A stretch of 64,000 bases of DNA, taken from NCBI GenBank assembly GCA_951406725.2, contig OX597818.1, forward strand, positions 28,954,001 through 29,018,000, in the 5' to 3' direction. A program made the translations under genes and the position numbers. The notes below the pieces were generated by a model, which searched no databases, was not told the DNA's origin, and was given only the letters and a program-made list of their open reading frames with translations. This DNA is from Octopus vulgaris. Taxonomy: Eukaryota. Below, piece by piece: positions 38,543 to 50,616 of the stretch (the first letter of the stretch is position 1; each line of letters starts with the position of its first letter).

Positions 38543-39065
38543 CTATGTATATTTCCTATTTAGTATTGGGGAGGTTTCCTTTATAAGGATGTACTCCCAT
38601 ATTTGTCTGAGTGTTGGGTCTTTTGGGTGCTTGGATAAGATGTGGATGTCAAGTTGACCCAAGTTGCCTCCGTGGTGGTCTTTGGCATGTTGGTAGAGTA
38701 TGGAGGACTGTTTTTTGTCATCATATTGTCTCAGATGTTCATTTAGTTGTTCCGCAATGCTCCTAGATGTCTCCCCTATGTACATCATGTTCATGTCTTT
38801 ACAAGCACCTTCTGCGCATCTTATGTTGTAAACTACATTTCAAGGTCTACAGTTAATACCAGGGTTAATCCTACTTACCATGCAGTTATCATTGGTGCAT
38901 ATGGTATTCTCAAAGGGGTACATCCTACATAGTTGTGATCTGACGGAGTTTCCTGACTTTTCAAACCCTGGCATTAACTGTAGACCTCGAAATGTAGTTT
39001 ACAGCAGAAGATGCATAGAAGGTGCTTGTAAAGACATGAACATGATGTACATAGGGGAGATATCT
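38543..39065 (-). mobile_element. Penelope-like GIY-YIG 3' fragment with inverted duplication
   Basis: NVVY...YIGETSRSIAEQLNEH...RQIWEYILI...PILN; 38965-39066 is the reverse complement of 38764-38863. Confidence 0.85.
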
Positions 39066-40596
39066 ATATTAAGTATGCAATATGTATAAATATTAAACTA
39101 TTTCTAATATAATTTCTTTTCCTCCCTCTATTGTGGTAAAAGTTTGATATATACTCAAAAGTATTCATAAATTTCTATCTTTTGTTACAATATTATTCTT
39201 AATAATCTTTTGAATAACTTTATCTGTATACAATATAGCAACATTGTTTTATAGTATTCAACTATAGTACTACATGATAAGACTTCCCCTTTTCATTATC
39301 AATGGTCTGCTAGTGGGTGACCCCTTAATTATCAGCTAACATCTTCTTTCAAGTTTTTTATATCTTTACTGGAAAAATATATGAGTCCAATTAATTAAAA
39401 TAAAAATACTTGAAATACATCATATACTTAATTTAAGCTAAATTACTATAATTTAATCTATATTCATTAATTAATTAAATTATATATTTATTTACTAATT
39501 AAATAAACATCTAATTTGATATGATTCTAACTATGTACTAAACCCTACACAAACATGTGTACACTTATAATATATCTTATATCAACAATGCTGCAGCCAC
39601 AACCCTGCAATTTTATTTTGTATATATTTCAAAAATATACTCACAAATAATTTAAACTTATTATATAAGTAAATTAATTTATGTCTAGAAGTAATATTTC
39701 GCTCATTGATAGAATAAACAAAGTACTTATTATTATTATTAAATTCAATAGTATATAAAGAAAAAAAGAAAAAAACTTTTCACTACCTATACTGTAATAT
39801 TTTACATTACAAACTATTTCACAAAACAACCACGAAAAATACTTTTAGATTTTAGTTCTCATATAATAATTATTATAATAAGAATAATTAAATAAATGAA
39901 AGTATTTTAAATTATAATTAAATAAATAAAATTAGAAATACATATTTTTTTAATCAATAATCATATGAATTTCACCATTATTTCTTAAATAAAATGTATA
40001 CTTATTTTTTCAAAGATATTTTATGAACTAAAAAATTTTAAATTAAAACATATAACTTAGTGTTTATATGTCCAGATATAATATTACGAATATTAAGGGA
40101 ATAACGAAAGTACTTATTATTATTATTATTCAATTCAATAGTACAAAAGAAATTAAAACTTTTCATTACCTATACTATAATATTTTACATTACAAACTAT
40201 TTCACAAAGCAACCACATTTAATGCTCCGATTAAATTTAAATTTAATTGTAATTTAAATTGAAGATATGGCCACAAAATATATGTAGTCTATTTACTATT
40301 TATATACTGTTTGTTTATTTATTATTATGTACTTTATTGTGTTCTTGGTAAATGTTTTATCATATATTTTATTTTTTCTATATGGTATGATTTACGTCTA
40401 TCATTGTTTGAATTACATAATAGTGGCTTTTCTCTAATTTATATATATATATATATTACGGTGATATACTTGCATAGTGAGTGACTGGATCTGAGTTCAT
40501 GTGATGGAATGAAAACAATTGCAGTGTGGAAGGTGTTTATAAACCATTTAAGAAACACACAAAAACCGTTAGATTCACTTCAACATTTAAATTTAA

Positions 40597-40647
40597 TTTG
40601 TCAAAATATTTTCGTCGCTTTGAGACTGCAACCTGTTCACTGACAAA
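40597..40647 (-). ncRNA. Minimal hammerhead ribozyme variant (G3-C8 core)
   Basis: Minus strand: tttgtca-GTGAACA-g-gttgc-agtctcaaa-gcgac-GAAA-atat-TT-tgacaaa. Confidence 0.65.
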
Positions 40648-40704
40648 ACTTTGTGCTTATAAACACCTTCCACACTGCAATTGTTTTTATATATATATAT
40701 AAAT

Positions 40705-43665
40705 TTCCCAGGCGAAGAATGTACCCCACAACATAGACTGGTAGTTAGTGACTTTAGGATCAAGACTAAGAGGACGACCACAAGACGACCAACATGGAGA
40801 AGAAGGATCTGGAAGCTTAAAAATCCAACAAATGGATAGAGATTTAGAGACATATTACTTGAAGCCTTTGACGAAATAGAAGGGGATATAGCTTCACATG
40901 GGGCAGAAGACAACTGGAGGTCTCTAAGGGACAACCTGCTGAGAGCCACTGACCAAATCTGTGGTTGGTGCAAAGTCCTCTCAAGACCCAAAATAACGTG
41001 GTGGTGGAACAATATAGTTGACAGGGCTATTAGACAAAAGAAACAGGCTTGGAAGGACTGGAAGAACGGTGGTAGCAGGGAAGTGTATCAGACTGCCAGA
41101 AGGGAAGCTAGAAGGCAGGTGTATTTAGCCAGAGGGGAAGCAGATAAGAAAAAATTTAACAATGTTCTGCACCATGAGGAAGAAAGACTTGAGGTATTTC
41201 GTGTTGCAAGACAGAATGTGAGAGAAAATCGTGATGTGGTAGGACAGAAATGTGTTCGCATGGATGATGGTTCACTTGCGCTAAATGAGGATGCAAAGAG
41301 AGAGGTTTGGAGACGCCACTATGAAAGGTTGCTGAATAAAGAAAATGAATGGGATAAAGAGAGTCTGCCGAATGTCGACCCAACAGAGGGGCAAGCTATC
41401 CGAGTTGACAGTTCCTTGGTAGTTAAGGCAATTAGAAGCATGAAGTGAGGGAAAGCCCCAGACCCATCATAATTTAATGCAGAGATGCTCAAAATATCTG
41501 GCAGTGTCGGCTATAGCCCAGTAACCCATATAGTTAGCCAGGTGATACACGAAGGAGTCATACCCAATGACTGGTGTAGCAGCATAATAGTCAACTGCTA
41601 AAAAGTTAAAGATGACGCCCTATATACAAATAACAACAGGGGTATCAAGCTATTGGATCAGGTAATGAAGGTTACGGAGAGAGTCATAGCCCAACTAATT
41701 AGAGAGAGAGTTAGTTTAGATGAGGTGCAGTTTGGGTTCGTGCTAGGGAAAAGTACTACTGATGCTATATTCCTGGTAAGACAGCTGCAGGAGAAATACC
41801 TAGCCAAAGACAAGCCCCTGTACCTGGCTTTTGTTGACATGGAGAAAGCCTTCGACAGGGTCCTCCCATCACTTATCTGGTGGTCAATGAGGAAACTAGG
41901 GATAGATGAATTGTTAGTGAGAGCTGTGCGAGCCATGTACAGGGATGCTACTAGTAAGGTGAGGGTTGGCAACGAGTACAGTGAAGAATTCTGGGTAGAG
42001 GTTGGGGTCCACAAAGGTTCAGTCCTCAGCCCCCTCCTATTTATCATAGTCCTCCAGGCAATAATGGAGGAATTCAAGACAGGATGCCCCTGGGAGCTCC
42101 TCTATGCTGATGACCTTGTTCTAATTGCTGAGTCACTATCAGAACTGGAGAAGTTTCAGGTGTGGAAGCAAGGATTAGAATCAAAGGGCCTTAGAGTCAA
42201 CCTAGCTAAACCGAAGTCCTAATAAGTAGGAAGGTAGACAAATCACAAACGCCTTCAGGCAGATGGCCCTGCTCGATCTGTAGAAAAGGCGTAGGTAGAA
42301 ACTCTATAAGATGCACCAAGTATAAGCTATGGACACATAAGAGGTGCAGCAATGTCAAAGGAAGGCTAACTAGGAAGATAGTTTTTGTATGTGGCAGATG
42401 CTCAAGAGTAAAAACACTGAAAATGTGCAGAGACCAACTTCCACCACATTCCAGGGAGAAAAACTAGAAATAGTTGATAGCTTCCGTTACCTAGGTGACC
42501 AAGTCAGTAGCGGGGGTGGGTGTGCTGAAAGTGTAACTGTTAGAGTAAGAATAGCCTGGGCAAAGTTCAGAGAGCTCTTACCCCTGCTGGTGACAAAGGG
42601 CTTCTCGCTCAGAGTAAAAGGCAGACTATACGATGCATGTGTACGAACAGCCATGCTACATGGTAGTGAAACATGGGCTGTGACTGCTGAGGATATGTGT
42701 AAGCTCGCAAGAAATGAAGCCAGTATGCTCCGATGGATGTGTAATGTCAGTGTTCATACTCGACAGAGTGTAAGTACCTTGAGAGAAAAGTTGGACCTAA
42801 GAAGCATCAGCTGTGGTTTGCAAGAGAGACGTATGCGCTGGTATGGTCATGTGACGAGAATGGCTGAAGATAGTTGTGTGAAAATGTGCCACATCCTAGC
42901 GGTTGAGGGAACCTGTGGAAGAGGTAGACCCAGGAAAACCTGGGACGAGGTAGTGAAGCACGACCACCAAACTTTATGTTTCACCGACGAAGTGACTAGA
43001 GACCGAGACCTATGGAAGTATGCTGTGCATGAGAAGACCTGGCAGGACAAGTGAGACCATAACCCATGGCCTCTATCTGGGATGTAGCCAGTCCACTTAT
43101 GCATACCTTTCCTTCTTGGGACACAAAACTCTACTTGTGAAGACCTGTTGAGGCAAGTGGAAATCAGAATCAAAATCGAAATCGATCAACATCAATGGAA
43201 ATTGTAGCTATGATGCCAGTGCCAGGGGCACGTAAGCAAACAATCCAAACGTGGCCGTTGCCAGTAGTGCCCCGGCGGGTCTCTGTGCCGGTGGAACGTA
43301 AAAAGCACCATCCGATCGTGGCTGTTGCCTGTATCGCCTGGCCCCCGTGCCGGTGGCACATAAATAGCACCATCCGATTGTGGCCGTTGCCAGCCTGGCC
43401 TGGCCCCTGTGCTGGTGGCACGTAAAAAGCACCATTGGATCGTGGCCATTGCCAATTTCTCGCCTGGTCCCCGTGCCGGTGGCACGTAAAAAGCACCCAC
43501 TACACTCACGGAGTGGTTGGCGTTAGGAAGGGCATCCAACTGTAGAAACATTGCCAGATCAGACTGGGCCTGGTGCAGCCTTCTGGCTTCCCAGACCCCA
43601 GTTGAACTCTCCAACCCATGCTAGCATGGAAAGCGAATGCTAAATGATGATGATGATGATGATGA
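40705..43665 (+). mobile_element. Best-preserved RTE LINE copy (5'-truncated, several stops and frameshifts)
   Basis: QFGFV.GKSTTDAIFLVRQLQEK, FVDMEKAFDRV, GVHKGSVLSPLLF, LLYADDL, PHD-like insert, FRYLG, MLHGSETW, 3' UTR array, (GAT)n tail. Confidence 0.95.
43215..43500 (+). repeat. Five tandem ~62-bp units in the RTE 3' UTR
   Basis: gtgccggtggcacgtaaaaagcaccatccgatcgtggccgttgcc plus a variable ~17-nt segment, repeated. Confidence 0.9.
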
Positions 43666-44989
43666 TATATACGTCTCATGTGAATACGTACTCCTTTATT
43701 ATTTTATTTGTATCTTCCTTTACACATGCACCCTTGTATGTATGTGTATGTGTGTATCTATGTATGACTGTATATCCTTGTGATAAGTGTATACGTTTTT
43801 CTATAATTTGTAAATCAATAATTTTCTCCTTCATATATTTGTATTTGTGCTTATTCTTTTTTTATTGTCTCCCCTACCCGGGCTAGTTTTTGAGTAAGAG
43901 AACACTTCTGAGTACACTGGCCTGTCCTGTCTGAGATCATTGTTTCTCTTTGTTAAGTTTTTTTTTGTTTTGTTTTTTTCTCTGCTTGTATGTACCATTT
44001 TACTTAAATATTGTATCATTTTTAAACATAGTCTTGTCTCTCAGGTTTAAGCCTCTTGTAATATATATATATTTTCGTTTTCCATTATTAATATGTATAC
44101 ATATAATTCTCTATGGATTTTTTCTGCTAGTGAACCTGTTGCGTTATACTCTACTAGACACATGTGGGTTTGTTTATATTATACTTTGTCTCAGCCTGTT
44201 ATTATTTCTTTAAACATATCCATTAGATTTTTATTGTTATATTATAGTTTACTGCACATATAGACTTGCATACACATTGATATGTCTTTCTTTTTCTTCC
44301 CTCTCACTATTATTATTTTTCCCTTTTACAACTTGTTTGTAAATATCCGATTTTTTCCTATTACCCCATCTGTATTCTCTCTCATTGTACCTTATTTTAT
44401 TTTATTTTACTTTATTTAAAAAAATTTTTCTTTTATTGAACTTTTTTGATGTTGTTCCAAAAATTCCTCACACTGATAAGAATGACACTGCATAGATTTA
44501 ATTATAATTACTATGATTATAATTTTTTCTTACATATATTTTTGTCTTTCAAAATGTGCATATGTATTGAATTCAATATTGTATTAAATCTAATATTGAT
44601 TCAACATCATTTTTCTCCATTTTTTATACTTGTTTTTGGTATATTTATACCTATAATGAAATTTTTCAACTATATATATATGTATAAATATATATTTGAT
44701 TACCTAAGTCTGAGGAGCTAGGTTCATATGACAAGCCTACAAAACTTTAGGTTGCTTGGAGTCAAACCAAACTGTTATTAAATACTAACATACGTATTCC
44801 TAGTCAAATGCATTGAGTGCCTCTTTCTTTCGTTTCTCCAATCATTCAGTTCACTCTATAAGTTGGTTGGTGTTAGCAAGGGCATCCAGTCATAAAACCC
44901 CTGCCAAAACAGTTAGTGAAACCTGTCGCAATCTTCTGCCAAGCCAGCCTGTCAAATATCCAACCCAGATGTGAAATGATGATGATGAT

Positions 44990-47165
44990 GATTTGTGGTT
45001 GGAGCAAAGCTTTTGCCAGATCAAAGGTGATATGGTGGTGGAACAATCAGGTCGACAGGGCTATAAAAGAGAAGAAATGGGTTTGGAAAGTGTGGAAAAG
45101 GGATGGTAGCAAAGAATCATATTAGGTAGCTGAAAAGGAAGCAAGGTACCAGATTTATCTTGCTAAGGTAGAAGCAGACAGGAAGAGGTTTGCCAATATC
45201 TTACAGTATGAAGACCAGAGACTTGAGATTTTGCATATTGCTACACAGGTGCAGGAGTGGCTGTGTGGTAAGTAGCTTGCTTACCAACCACATGGTTCCG
45301 GGTTTATTGCCACTGTGTGGCACCTTGGGCAAGTATCTTCTACTATAGCATCAGGCTGACCAAAGTGTTGTGAGTGGATTTGGTAGACGGAAACTGAAAG
45401 AAACCTGTCGTATATGTGTATATATATATATATGTGTGTGTTAATGTTTGTGTGTCTGTGTTTGTCCCCCCAACATCGCTTGACAACCAATTGTGGTGCG
45501 TTTACATCCCTGTAACTTTGCAGTTCAGCAAAAGAGACCGAGAGACTAAGTGCTAGGCTTACAAAGAATACGTCCTGGGGTCGATTTGCTCAACTAAAGG
45601 CACTGCTCCATCATGGCCGCAGTCAAATGACTGAAACAAGTAAAATAGTAAAAGAGTGTGTCAGAGAGAATTGAGATGTTGTGTGAGATAAAATGTGTAC
45701 AGATAGATAATGGCATGCTAGTATTTAGTGATTTGGAAAAGAAAAATGTGTGAAAGGGCTACTGTGAAGGGCTATTAAATGTAGCGGATGAATAGAAAAA
45801 GGGAGTCTCCCCATCATGTGAACCCAACAGAGGGGCCAACCATTCATATAGACAGCAGTATGAAAAATAATGTAATTAAAGATATAGAGACTGGAAAAAT
45901 CCTTGGTTCATCAGGAGTCACTGTTGAGATGCTTAAAATATCTATAAAGAAGGATACAGTCTGGACACTGTTTAGTTAATTAGGTTATTCAGGAAGGTAT
46001 AATCCCCAATGACTGGTATACCAGGATCATAATCAGCTACTAAAACAGTAAATGAAATGCATTTAACATAATTAATTATAGAGGCCTCAAATTACTTGAC
46101 AAAGTGATAACAGTTATGGAGAGAATAATAACCCAATTAATTAGAAACAAATTAAGCTAGATGAAATGCAGTTTGGCACAGTAATGGGAAGAAGTCAGGC
46201 AAGTACAAGGGTAATATTAAGCTAAGAATAAGCTGTTGTACTTGGCATTAGTTGACCTGGAGAAAGCATTCAACAGAGCACCCTGCTCTGTAATATGCTG
46301 GTCTTTCAGGAAGCTAGAGATGGATAGATGGCTTGTGAAAAGCACTACAGGTATTATACAGGGTTGCTATAAATAATATTAGGGTTAGTCATGAGAACAG
46401 TGATAGATTTAGATAAATTTTAGGGTTAGGTGTACATCAAGGCTCAGTCCTCAGCCACCTCTTATTCAGAATTGTCCTCCAGGTCATAACAGAGGAATTT
46501 AAGCCTGGAAACCAATGAGAACTACTATATGTAAATTACCTTGCTCTCATAGCAGAATCTGTAACAAAACTAGAAAAAAGTTTCAGGTGTGGAAGCAAAG
46601 CCTGGAATCAAAGAGCCCTGAAGTTAACTTAGCAAAGACAAAAGCCTTAGTAAACAAGAAAACAAACAGGACCCTACTCACTTCAGGTAAACGGTTTTTC
46701 TCAGAATGTAAGAATGGTGTAGGCAGAAATTCATTTCAGTGTATTCAGGGCAAGCAATGGATGCACAACAGGTGCAGTGGAACAGTAGGGAGGTTAACAG
46801 AGAAAGTAGTGTCTGTATGTGGAAAATGCATAGGAGTCATAAAATCTACAAGTATACAGGAAATGGATTTTCACAAATGCCTAAGAAGGTGCTCTAAAGG
46901 TACTGGGCAATATCTGCTAGCTAGGTGACCTAATTTTCAGTGGAGGAGGAAATGAAATTGTTAGAATAAGATGGAGAAAGTTCAGAGATCTTTTACTTCA
47001 AGTAGCAACCAAAAGTCTCTCTTTCTGAGAGAAAGGAAAGTTGTGTGATGCCTGTGCAGAAACAGGAATGCTACGTGATAGTCAGCCATGGTCCCTGAAT
47101 GTAGAGGGCATGCAAAGACTAGAAAGGTATGAAGTTACTATGTTCAGTATGATGTGTAATGTTTG
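44990..47165 (+). mobile_element. Decayed RTE LINE interrupted by a SINE
   Basis: WWWNNQVDRAIKEKK, VDLEKAF, GVHQGSVLS, and a PHD remnant (ECKNGVGRNSFQCIQGKQWMHNRC..CGKC). Confidence 0.85.
45247..45656 (+). mobile_element. Full-length SINE family A nested in the RTE
   Basis: Colinear with 36311-36719; RTE sequence resumes right after it (compare 41190-41240). Confidence 0.9.
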
Positions 47166-47606
47166 TCTGCAAGGGCTCTTTCCCCTCACCATCTCCAACA
47201 TCTCAACCTTATCAACCTACAGAAGTCAATGGAGCCTGGTACAGCTCATGGCCATGCCAGCTCCAGTCAAACCATCTCACTCATACCGACATGGAAAATT
47301 GATGCTAAACGATGACAATGATGATGGTGATGATGATAATATATACTTGTGTGTATGTGCGTGTGTGCATATTCAAGAATAACATTTCTGATGACAATCA
47401 GAAATCCAACCAGTATACACACTAAAAAAGTTAATGCATTGAAAGAATGTTCATTTTAAGATACGAAGATGATGATGATGACTTCTCAGCTTTTTAGAAT
47501 AATTAATAATTTTGTTAATTTCATCAAACCAAGAATAATTTATGAATCACTTGCTAGCAACTAGGTCACTCTTCTGAAATCAAACATTTAATCTCAGTGA
47601 TAAAAC

Positions 47607-47812
47607 TGATTTCAAGTTTTGGCACAAGGCCATCAATTTCAAAGGAGTAAACTCGATTAAATCGACCCTAGTGTTCAATTGGTACTTAATTTGTCGATGC
47701 CAAAAGAATTAAAGGCAAAACTGATTCCAGCAGCATTTGAACTCAGAACTTAAAATCAAAAGAAATGCTGCAAAGAATTTTTCCTAGCACAGTAACAATC
47801 CTGCCAGCTCAG
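47607..47812 (-). mobile_element. SINE family C (diverged)
   Basis: tttcaagttttggcacaaggcc...ggtactta..gtcga..aaaggcaaa..atttgaactcagaac; same family as 49018-49235. Confidence 0.7.
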
Positions 47813-48207
47813 CCAGAATATTGCTATTTCAACAACACTGGAATAATATAACGAGGAAAATTATAAACATTAAAATATTATTGGCAGCAATATATAAACA
47901 AGTTTGTTTTTGTAGCACTGAAATGTATTATAGTACAAGTAGAAAGATATATTTTTCAACATGTAAATACTGATAGAACAACATATATAGGATAAAATAC
48001 TTACAGAGAAGAAAAATTATCATCATCTTCATCATGTATTAAAATGAACATTCTTTCAATGTATTATTGGCAGTATTAGTTTGTTACAACATTTTGTGAA
48101 TTGACTGAAACTCAAAGTTAGTATTTATAGAAATATACTTTCTTCATGGTCATAATAGATTAATATTGACAGGAAAATACATACAAATGATTTATATTTG
48201 TACTTAC

Positions 48208-48480
48208 TGAATAATGGCCTTACATGAAATCTTGTCTTCTCACCAGTGGTGCTTTCACAAACAATTGTTTGCTCAATATTTTGAAGAAGTGTGATGTTTA
48301 TGATTCTGACATTGTTAGGAAGCACATTTGCTTCAAAGTTTTTACTTTTATTAGTTCCGTTAACGACGTTTCCATCAATTTTCCAGTGTTTAAGCTTTTC
48401 CTTTCCAAAAGGACATTCAAAAGTGACTGATTGATTCGCCCTGGGAAATTTTGCACCACCCTCAATTATTCCAAGAGAAA
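48208..48480 (-). CDS. Single internal exon encoding an immunoglobulin-like domain (host gene)
   Basis: Acceptor ttttcatttccttcAG and donor GTAAGT; 273 nt, phase 1-1. Translation has VTFEC..W..IVC with the two Cys 52 residues apart and four N-glycosylation sequons (NQS, NGT, NKS, NIT). Confidence 0.75.
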
Positions 48481-49017
48481 CTGAAGGAAATGAAAATATA
48501 AAACACATACATATCATTTAATAGCTACCTTGTTATTCAAAGGAGTAATTTTTCTAATGCAAGAACAACAACTTGAAATAAATAAAAATTAAAAGGATTA
48601 ATTGAAAAATTCCTTTTAAAGTATAATTTAAAATTAAATGTGAATAGATGTACAGAGAATATTTCAGAGAGAATAAGAATCACACCCATGTATCATAGGT
48701 AATGCCTAAGGCATCAACTTTCTGTCAATGACTCAAATATTATAATGATATCATCTGCCCAAGAGAAATGTAAAAGAAACATGTCAATCAGAAGCACACA
48801 CCTACTTTATGATGTGAAATCAGACATTGAAATGTGAAGAGATATTCGGTTCCTGAACTTTATTTAAATAACACAGATGATTACCATTTTGTTTTATTTT
48901 CTGTGAAATCTGTATTTGTATTCGCATTTAGTTTTAAAATTTAAAAGATTTTATTTAATATATTTAATTGGGCAAAAATTAACAGTGGCGAGAACAATGA
49001 AGAAGACAATGAAAATA

Positions 49018-49235
49018 TTGATTTCAAATTTTGGTACAAGGCCAGGAATTTTGGGGGAGGGGATAAGTTGATCCCATTGACCTCAGTGCTCAACTAGTAC
49101 TTATTTTATTGACCTGGAAAGGATGAAAGGCAAAGTCTCAACCTCAGTGGAATTTGAACTGAGAATGTAAAGCCAGACAAAATGCCACTAAACATCTTGC
49201 TCAGTGTGCTAATGAGTCTGCCAGTTCACTGCCTT
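49018..49235 (-). mobile_element. SINE family C
   Basis: Minus strand: ggcagtgaactggcagactcattagc...gttcaaattcc...gcctttcatccttt..gtcaataaaataagtac...ggccttgtaccaaaatttgaaatc. Confidence 0.75.
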
Positions 49236-49328
49236 AAAGACAATGAGAATATTAAAAGGTAGGGAGTGGTATTAAAAGTTCCCAGATTAGTTATCTGTAT
49301 ATATATAAAAGGCATGATGTGTTTGTAC

Positions 49329-50010
49329 GTGGATGTAATTTATGCATGTTGCTCCAATTTTAGGACATTCATCATGACCCTAGCTGTATTTTTGTTAACT
49401 TATTTTTCTCAGACGCACCAGCATAGTGGTATAAATAAATTTTCAACCAAAACTATTAACAATTTTCAAGTCAGAGAAATCCACTATTGCTTACAACAGG
49501 TGTGAAGTCCCCTTCTAGCTATGAGTAAGTTTTTGTTAAGACTTTTGTTAAGTGTTTTGTTGATATGAGGGAAATACACACACACACGAACATGTAAGCG
49601 TACAAAAAACATGTATGCAATAGGCGTATGACCGTATGTGTGTGTGTGTTTGTGTATGTGGATGTAATTTATGCATATCCACAAATTAGCATGCATGTCG
49701 CTCCAATTTTAGGAGGACATTCGTCATGATCCTAGCTGTATTTTCGTCAACTTATTTTCCCAGAGGCACCAGCAAATAGTGATAAAAATAAATTTTCAAC
49801 CAAAACTTTTAGCAATTTTCAAGTCGGAGAAATCCACTATTGTTTACAACAAGAGTTAAGTCCCTTTCTAGCAACGAGTAAGTTTTTATTGACTTTTGTT
49901 AAGTGTTTTGTTAATATACAGGCAATACATACACACACACACGAACATGTATGCATACAAAAAACATGTATGCAATAGGTGTATGTACATAAGTGTGTGT
50001 ATACACACAC
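49329..50010 (+). repeat. Tandem duplication of a ~330-350 bp unit
   Basis: gtggatgtaatttatgcat...ctccaattttagga...aaacatgtatgcaatagg occurs twice (49329, 49658). Confidence 0.9.
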
Positions 50011-50039
50011 ACACGCACATACATACATACATACATACA

Positions 50040-50105
<66 letters not shown>

Positions 50106-50246
50106 TGAGTGTATTTTTACCTTGTTAACAATTAACACGGAAAAATAAATAAATAGTTACCAAGGCAGCAAAAATCTCACAAGTAAAGGTGTTGTAACTC
50201 CTTCTTTATAAAGGTAGAAACTTCGTGTTTACGTTGAATATTTTGA

Positions 50247-50579
50247 ATATATGAATAAAAAATGGAGTTAACGCAGGTGTAATAAAGTATTTTTACTTTT
50301 GACACATGTTTCAAAAATTCCACTGATACTACTCAAAAGTCTAACTGTAAATTCAATAATGTAGATAAGACTTCCAGTCGTAAAAAGAACCTACGCACCG
50401 ATACAAAGCAAATGTATCGGTGCGTAGGTTGTGCTTGTTATCAGTGGTTCTTTTGCGACTGGAAGTCTTATTTACATTATTGAATTTACAGTTAGACTTT
50501 TGAATAGTATCAGTGGAATTTTCGAAACATGTGTCAAAAGTAAAAATATTTGATTACACCTGCGTTAACTCCATTTTTA

Positions 50580-50588
<9 letters not shown>
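50247..50588. repeat. Long inverted repeat (~145-bp arms) with a nested perfect 18-bp hairpin
   Basis: 50247-50391 versus 50446-50588; aacctacgcaccgataca/tgtatcggtgcgtaggtt at 50388-50430. Confidence 0.92.

Positions 50589-50616
<28 letters not shown>

Noticed and set aside
43215-43500. CRISPR array
   Set aside because: The variable segments are homologous to each other, the array is part of a LINE 3' UTR in a eukaryotic context, and there are no cas genes.
44710-44815. Hammerhead-like CTGAGGA-gctagg...cctagt-caaa-tgca
   Set aside because: No GAAA and no stem I complementarity.
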